From Vicinamibacteria bacterium (GTDB taxonomy: Bacteria; Acidobacteriota; Vicinamibacteria; Marinacidobacterales; Marinacidobacteraceae), in assembly GCA_964291235.2 (NCBI GenBank), contig OZ219815.1:576001-640000 (forward strand): DNA of 64,000 nt, in the 5' to 3' direction. This document shows, one piece after another, positions 58,964 through 64,000 of the stretch; within the stretch, counting starts at the first letter, position 1, and every line of letters starts with the position of its first letter. The notes beneath the pieces were generated by a model, which was not told the origin of the DNA, ran no database searches, and worked only from the letters and a program-made list of their open reading frames with translations. The position numbers were made by a program, and so were the translations under genes.

Positions 58964-59742
58964 CCCGGCGACCGGGCGCGCCGACGCCGGCGGAAATCAT
59001 GGTCTTCGCGGCCTGTCGCGAGGTGCGCGACCGGGACTCCGTGTTTGTCGGGGTAGGCCTACCCAACCTCGCCGTGCAGCTCGCCCTTCGGCTCCACGCG
59101 CCGCGCTGTCACCTCATCTACGAGTCCGGGGTGTTCGGCGCCCGCCCCGTCCGGCTGCCGATCTCCATCGGGGACCCGTGCCTCGTGACCGGGGCCGCTC
59201 AGGTGCTCCCGATGGCGGAAACATTCCTGTATTTCCTGCAGGGCGGGCGCACCGATCTGGGTTTTCTGGGCGCCGCCCAGATCGACCGCTACGGCAACCT
59301 CAACACAACAGTGGTGGGACCCGACTACGACCGGCCCAAGGTGCGTCTTCCGGGCGCCGGAGGAGCTCCCGATATCGCCCTGAACGCGAGTCGGACCGTG
59401 ATCATCGCGCGGCAGGATCGACGGAAGTTCGTCGAGACGCTCGACTTCCGCACCACCGTCGGCTGGGCGGAGGGCGGCAGGAGCCGGGAGGCGATCGGCG
59501 CGCCGGGAGGCGGTCCCGTCCGGGTGATCAGCGACCTCGGGGTGTATGGATTTGCCGGGGAGACCCGGGAGATGACGCTCGAATCGGTCCATCCCGGAGT
59601 GACCCTGGATCAGGTGCAGGACGCGACCGGCTGGGATCTCAAGGTGTCCTCCTCGCTGGGCGTCACCGAGGCGCCGGACGAAACGATGCTCCGGCTACTC
59701 AGAGAGGAACTGGATCCGGATCGGATCTACCTCAAGGGTTGA
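58960..59742 (+). CDS. Family I CoA-transferase beta subunit (GctB/CatJ-like)
   Basis: FVGVGLP, IYESG, AQIDRYGNLNTT, RLPGAGG, SVHPGV. Confidence 0.9.
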   Translation: MTRRPGAPTPAEIMVFAACREVRDRDSVFVGVGLPNLAVQLALRLHAPRCHLIYESGVFGARPVRLPISIGDPCLVTGAAQVLPMAETFLYFLQGGRTDLGFLGAAQIDRYGNLNTTVVGPDYDRPKVRLPGAGGAPDIALNASRTVIIARQDRRKFVETLDFRTTVGWAEGGRSREAIGAPGGGPVRVISDLGVYGFAGETREMTLESVHPGVTLDQVQDATGWDLKVSSSLGVTEAPDETMLRLLREELDPDRIYLKG

Positions 59743-60512
59743 TGTACGGCGCGGTCATCGGCGACTACGTCGGCTCGCGCTACGAGTTCGGAAACCACCG
59801 CTCGACCCGGTTCGAGTTCTTTGGCTCCGGATGCCATTTCACGGACGACACGGTCTGTACGGCCGCCGTCGCCGACATCCTGCTCCACGGCCGCGACCCG
59901 GTGGCGACCATGCAGGCGTGGTGCCGGCGCTATCCGGACTGCAGTTGGGGCGGCCGATTCGGCCGGTGGATTCACGAACCAGCGCCGGCCCCTTACGGCA
60001 GTTACGGCAACGGAGCCGCGATGCGGGTCTCGCCGGCCGCGTTCCTGCATCGCGCCCGCCCGCTGGCCGAAGCCCTCGCCGCCGCCGATCGCGTCACCAG
60101 GATCACCCACGATCACCCGGAGGGGATGAAGGGCGCCCGCGCCACCACCCACGCGATCTGGCTGGCGTTCCAGGGAGAGACTGCCGGACCGATCGCGGCC
60201 GCAATCCACAAGACCTACGGGTACGACCTCTCGCGGAGCGTCGCCACCATCCGCGAGACCCACGAGTACAACGAGACGTGTCAGCGGACCGTGCCCGAGG
60301 CGCTGGTGTGCGCCTTTGAGGCCACAAACTTCGAACAGGCCATCCGGAACGCGGTTTCCCTCGGTGGCGATGCCGACACCCTGGCCGCGATTGCGGGACC
60401 GGTCGCGGAAGCCCTCTACGGCATTCCCCCGGATTTCATCTCCCTGGTGGAGACCGGGGTTCTCGGCGACGCACCGGACATCCTCGCAGTCTTGAACGCG
60501 ATGTACGCGTAG
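59742..60512 (+). CDS. ADP-ribosylglycohydrolase family protein
   Basis: GAVIGD..GS.YE, FTDDT, GNGAAMRVSP, GGDADT. Confidence 0.92.
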   Translation: MYGAVIGDYVGSRYEFGNHRSTRFEFFGSGCHFTDDTVCTAAVADILLHGRDPVATMQAWCRRYPDCSWGGRFGRWIHEPAPAPYGSYGNGAAMRVSPAAFLHRARPLAEALAAADRVTRITHDHPEGMKGARATTHAIWLAFQGETAGPIAAAIHKTYGYDLSRSVATIRETHEYNETCQRTVPEALVCAFEATNFEQAIRNAVSLGGDADTLAAIAGPVAEALYGIPPDFISLVETGVLGDAPDILAVLNAMYA

Positions 60513-60531
60513 CGCCCACGCGCGTGGGCGC
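60509..60531. terminator. Hairpin between convergent genes (terminator or GTAG-headed REP)
   Basis: GTAG-CGCCCACG-CG-CGTGGGCG. Confidence 0.45.
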
Positions 60532-60537
60532 GCCCCG

Positions 60538-63164
60538 TCAGTGTTGCCAGGAGTCGGCGATCGTGACATCGGCCACCAGGGGGACCCTGAGTTCCGCGAC
60601 GGATTCCATCTCGTGGCGGACGACCTCCCCGACGGCTTCGGCCTCGGCGGCATCTACTTCGACGAGCAGTTCGTCATGGACCTGAAGCAGCAGGAGTCCT
60701 GAAGTAGGCGCCAGCGCCCGGTCCACGCCGAGCATGGCGATCTTGATGAGGTCGGCCGCCGTCCCCTGGATCGGGGCGTTCACCGCCATCCGCTCCGCGG
60801 CCTCTCGCCGGGCCCGCTGGGTGGTGCGGATCTCGGGGATGTGCCGCTGTCTGCCGAAGAGAGTGGTCACGCGCCCCGTCGTGCGGGCTTCCTCCCGGAT
60901 CGCCTCGATCAGGTCCGCAACCCGGGCGTAGCGGGCGAAGTAGGCGTCGATGAAAGCCTTCGCCTCTCCCGTCGAAACACCGATCTCCTTGGCCAGGGTG
61001 AACGCCGTCTTTCCGTAGATGACCGAGAAGTTCACGATCTTGGCCCGCCGGCGCGCCTCTGCCGGGCTCAGACCGAAGTCCCCGAAGACCTCGCCCGCGG
61101 TACGGGCGTGGATGTCTTCCCCGACCGGAACGCTTCGATGAGTACCGGATCGCCGCTCAGATGGGCCAGGATGCGGAGTTCGATCTGCGAGTAATCCGCC
61201 GACAGCAGACGTTTCCCGGGAGCGGCAATGAAAGCCTCGCGGACCTGGCGGCCAAGGTCGGAGCGGACCGGGATGTTCTGCAGATTGGGATCCGAGCTCG
61301 AAAGCCGCCCGGTCGCGGCCACCGCCTGGTGCAGTCGAGTGTGGAGCCGGCCGGTTCCCCTGGCGACGAGCGCGGGCAGCGGGTCCACATACGTGCTCCT
61401 GAGCTTCGCGACCTCGCGGTATTCGAGGACCAGTCGCGGCACCTCGTGGTAGAGCGCGAGGTCTTCGAGCACATCCGCCCGGGTGGAGGCGCGCTTGAGC
61501 TTTTGGGTCTTCGCGGTCTGCGGAAGCTGCAACTTGTCGAAGAGAACCTCCCCGAGCTGCTTGGGACTCTGGATGTCGAAACGCATCCCGGAGAGCTCGT
61601 GGATTCGACCGGTCAGTTCCTCGAGCCGTGCCTCCAGCTCCTTGCTCAACGTACCGAGAGCCGCGGTGTCGAGGCAGATGCCACGGGTCTCGATACGGGC
61701 GAGCACGGGCAGCAGGGGCATCTCGATGTCGCGAAAGACACCGGAGAGACCCTCGGCCTCGAGGAGGCTGTCCAGTTCTTCCGCGAGTTGGTGCTGCCAG
61801 GCCGCCGCGACGGCCAATCGCTCGTCGGGTGTCGGGGTACCGAAGAGACTGGCCTGCTCCGGGCGCGGCTCGGGGAGGGCGAGGCTCACATAGTCGCGGA
61901 GCACATCGGAGAATCCCTGGGCCCGACGAGTCGTGTTGAGCAACCAGGCGGCCACCTGGGAGTCGTGGGCTACCTCCGGCAACCGTCCGCCCTGTTCGAG
62001 CCACCAACGAACGAACGGCTGCACGCCGTGACCGATCAGCGCTACACCGTCCGCAAGTGCCGGCCGGAGTGTCGCGACCAGGTCCTGGTCCCCGATCCGG
62101 GGGCCGACCGCAACCAGCAGCGGGTCCGTAGCGGAGGAGGCGATCCCGAGCGCGGTCAGCGGCGCCGGGTCACGGTCCCGGGACGCGCCGAACATCGCAT
62201 GGACCGAGAGCCGCCCCGTGCGCCGGGCGCGTTCGACAACGCCGGCGACATCGGCGGGTCCGGCAGCGGTCTTCACGGCGGGAAGCCGCGCCGGGGCGGC
62301 CGGCGCCAGGTCTCTGGCGTGGGTCCGGAGTTCGAGCTCCTCGAGCAGCTCGCGGGCGTCCTCCATCCGGGGGCCGTTGTACCGGAGGCCTTCGAGCTTC
62401 TCACCGGCCTCGGGGACGGGAACATCGAGCCGTAGCCGGGCGAGTTCCCGCGAAAGCCGGGCAGAGGCCGCGTGCTCGTCGAGCAGGGCGGCTGTCCGCT
62501 TCCGCGCGACTTCGCCGGTGCGGGCCAGGATCTCCTCGACGCCGCCGAACGAAGCGATGAGAGTCGCCGCGGTCTTGGGACCGATCCCCGGAACCCCGGG
62601 GATGTTGTCCACGGAGTCCCCGACGAGGCCGAGATAGTCGGGCACCCGCTCCGGCGGCACCTTCAGTTTCGCCTCCACCCCATCCCGATCGAGCCGCCTG
62701 GCGGTGTCGGCCGGCGGTACGACGCTGACCCGGTCGTCAACAAGCTGGAGCAGGTCCTTGTCGCCGGAAACGACCAACACCCGGTACCCTCTGCCGCTCC
62801 CGGCGCGCGCGAGAGTTCCGATCACATCGTCCGCTTCCACTCCGGCGACCTCGACAACCGTCACTCCCAGCACCCGCGAAAGATCCCGCGTGAACGGAAC
62901 CTGCTGCGCCAGTTCGACCGGCATTTCCGGCCGGTTCGCCTTGTACTCGGGATAGGCCTCGTGACGGAAGGTGGGGCCCGGCGCGTCGAAGGCCACCGCG
63001 GCGAACTCGGGAGCCTCCTCCCGGAGAATCTTCCGGAGCGTGGCGACGAAACCGTGGAGGGCGCCGTTCGGCAGGCCGTCGGACCGGGTCAGCCGGGGCA
63101 TCGCGAAGAACGAACGGAACAGCAGGTTGTTGCCGTCCACCAGCAGCAGCGTCGCTTCAGCCAT
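60538..63164 (-). CDS. polA: DNA polymerase I, with an apparent 1-base frameshift at 61119-61122
   Basis: LLVDG, EADDVIGT, GD..DNIPG, TGRLSS.DPNLQNIP, ADYSQIELR in one frame; GEDIH, AK.VNF..IYG, NAPIQG.AAD, QVHDE in the next. Confidence 0.95.
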
Positions 63165-63203
63165 CAAATATCGGAAACGCCCGGATTCTACGCAGCGGCG
63201 GCT

Positions 63204-63872
63204 GTGGTCCTCGCGGTTGGAGCCGGGCTCGGGTGCGCTCCGGCAGCGTGGGAAGAGCACCACCGGCTCGGACTCGACGGGTCCGGGCGCACCGTAGTTC
63301 GCATCTCCTCCGACCTGCTGCCCGGCAATACCCCGGTAGAAGCCCTCGTCACGCTCCGCGACCGGCTTTCCGGCGACGGGTTGACCGTCACCAGGACGCG
63401 CACCCGACGACGGGGACACGTCGAGGCCGTGGTCACCTTCGATTCCATCTCGAGTCTGTGCGAGACGGCCCTCCTCCGCCGCACCTGCGGCCTGCGGCGT
63501 ACCGCGGACGGAGGATTCGATCTAAAGATGACGATCGAGCCCCAGCCGAACCTTCGCGCGCCGCCCGGGGAAGCCGTCGAGATCCGCCTGCGGACCGAAG
63601 GAAGGATCCTGGAGCACAACAGCGACAGCCGGCTCCAGCGGGGAAACGTCCTGTCCTGGGGTCGGCCGCTCGACCAGTTCCTGGGAGAGGGACTGACCGT
63701 GCGGGTGCGGACCGACGGGACCAGCGTCTTCGCCGCGACGACGCGAATCGTGTTCCGGGGTGCGGTCATCGCGCTCGGAATCGTGGGACTTGGTCTGGCG
63801 CTGTTGGTGATCGAAGGGCGAAGGCGCCTCCGGCGGGAGAAGCGGAACGAGGAAATGGCTTCGGACGCGTGA
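63204..63872 (+). CDS. Hypothetical membrane-anchored protein, possible lipoprotein (start uncertain)
   Basis: Hydrophobic N-terminus with GLGC; L.LDGSG; G.I.EHN....GNVLSW; C-terminal TM plus basic tail. Confidence 0.55.
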   Translation: MVLAVGAGLGCAPAAWEEHHRLGLDGSGRTVVRISSDLLPGNTPVEALVTLRDRLSGDGLTVTRTRTRRRGHVEAVVTFDSISSLCETALLRRTCGLRRTADGGFDLKMTIEPQPNLRAPPGEAVEIRLRTEGRILEHNSDSRLQRGNVLSWGRPLDQFLGEGLTVRVRTDGTSVFAATTRIVFRGAVIALGIVGLGLALLVIEGRRRLRREKRNEEMASDA

Positions 63873-63884
63873 CGCTGGTTCGTT

Positions 63885-64000
63885 TCAACCGATCAGCGTC
63901 TCGAAGAACTCCGCCGCGACGTCAGCCGGCTGTTCCCCACCCACGTCCACCCGGCGGTTGAGCGCCCGCATCGTCTCGGTGCTGATCGCGCCGCCGAGAC
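63885..64000 (-). CDS. Glycine betaine/osmoprotectant ABC substrate-binding domain, C-terminal end (partial)
   Basis: Hand translation LGGAISTETMRALNRRVDVGGEQPADVAAEFFETLIG* matches the OpuAC/OsmF C-terminal pattern. Confidence 0.7.
   Translation of the reverse strand, partial: LGGAISTETMRALNRRVDVGGEQPADVAAEFFETLIG

Noticed and set aside
58701-59741. Long N-terminus on the ADP-ribosylglycohydrolase ORF
   Set aside because: Overlaps the CoA-transferase genes out of frame; the likely start is ATG 59742
1-64000. tRNA, rRNA, transposase, integrase or phage genes
   Set aside because: None recognised by eye; tRNAscan-SE, Rfam and HMM searches would be needed to exclude them

Overview
High-GC bacterial chromosome segment. 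The gene repertoire (GWxTD protein, CRTAC1/ASPIC-UnbV and TPR proteins, TonB-dependent receptors with an N-terminal carboxypeptidase-regulatory-like domain, LptD) suggests a diderm such as an Acidobacteriota member; this is an inference. Housekeeping blocks (tilS-ftsH-cdaA-cdaR-lepB, yggS-dinG, glyA, lptD, nfuA-like, cyclophilin, ogt, CoA-transferase operon, polA) surround an accessory surface/periplasm region. That region holds three paralogous TonB-dependent receptors, a metzincin protease cluster, CRTAC1/TPR/multiheme modules, decayed toxin-antitoxin genes, MacB-type ABC parts and a tandem pair of atypical M20 lipoproteins. The strongest unexplained signal is a ~179-bp non-coding element present five times (13429, 14251, 39739, 43516, 46126). 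It has CAGCCYGTGG terminal inverted repeats, CTAG/TTAA flanking duplications in the two cleanest copies, and extensive compensatory covariation with a strand-biased G-U pattern. The duplicated M20 genes provide an internal empty-site comparison that supports insertion. All assignments come from reading motifs by eye; no database search was run, and many start codons are approximate.
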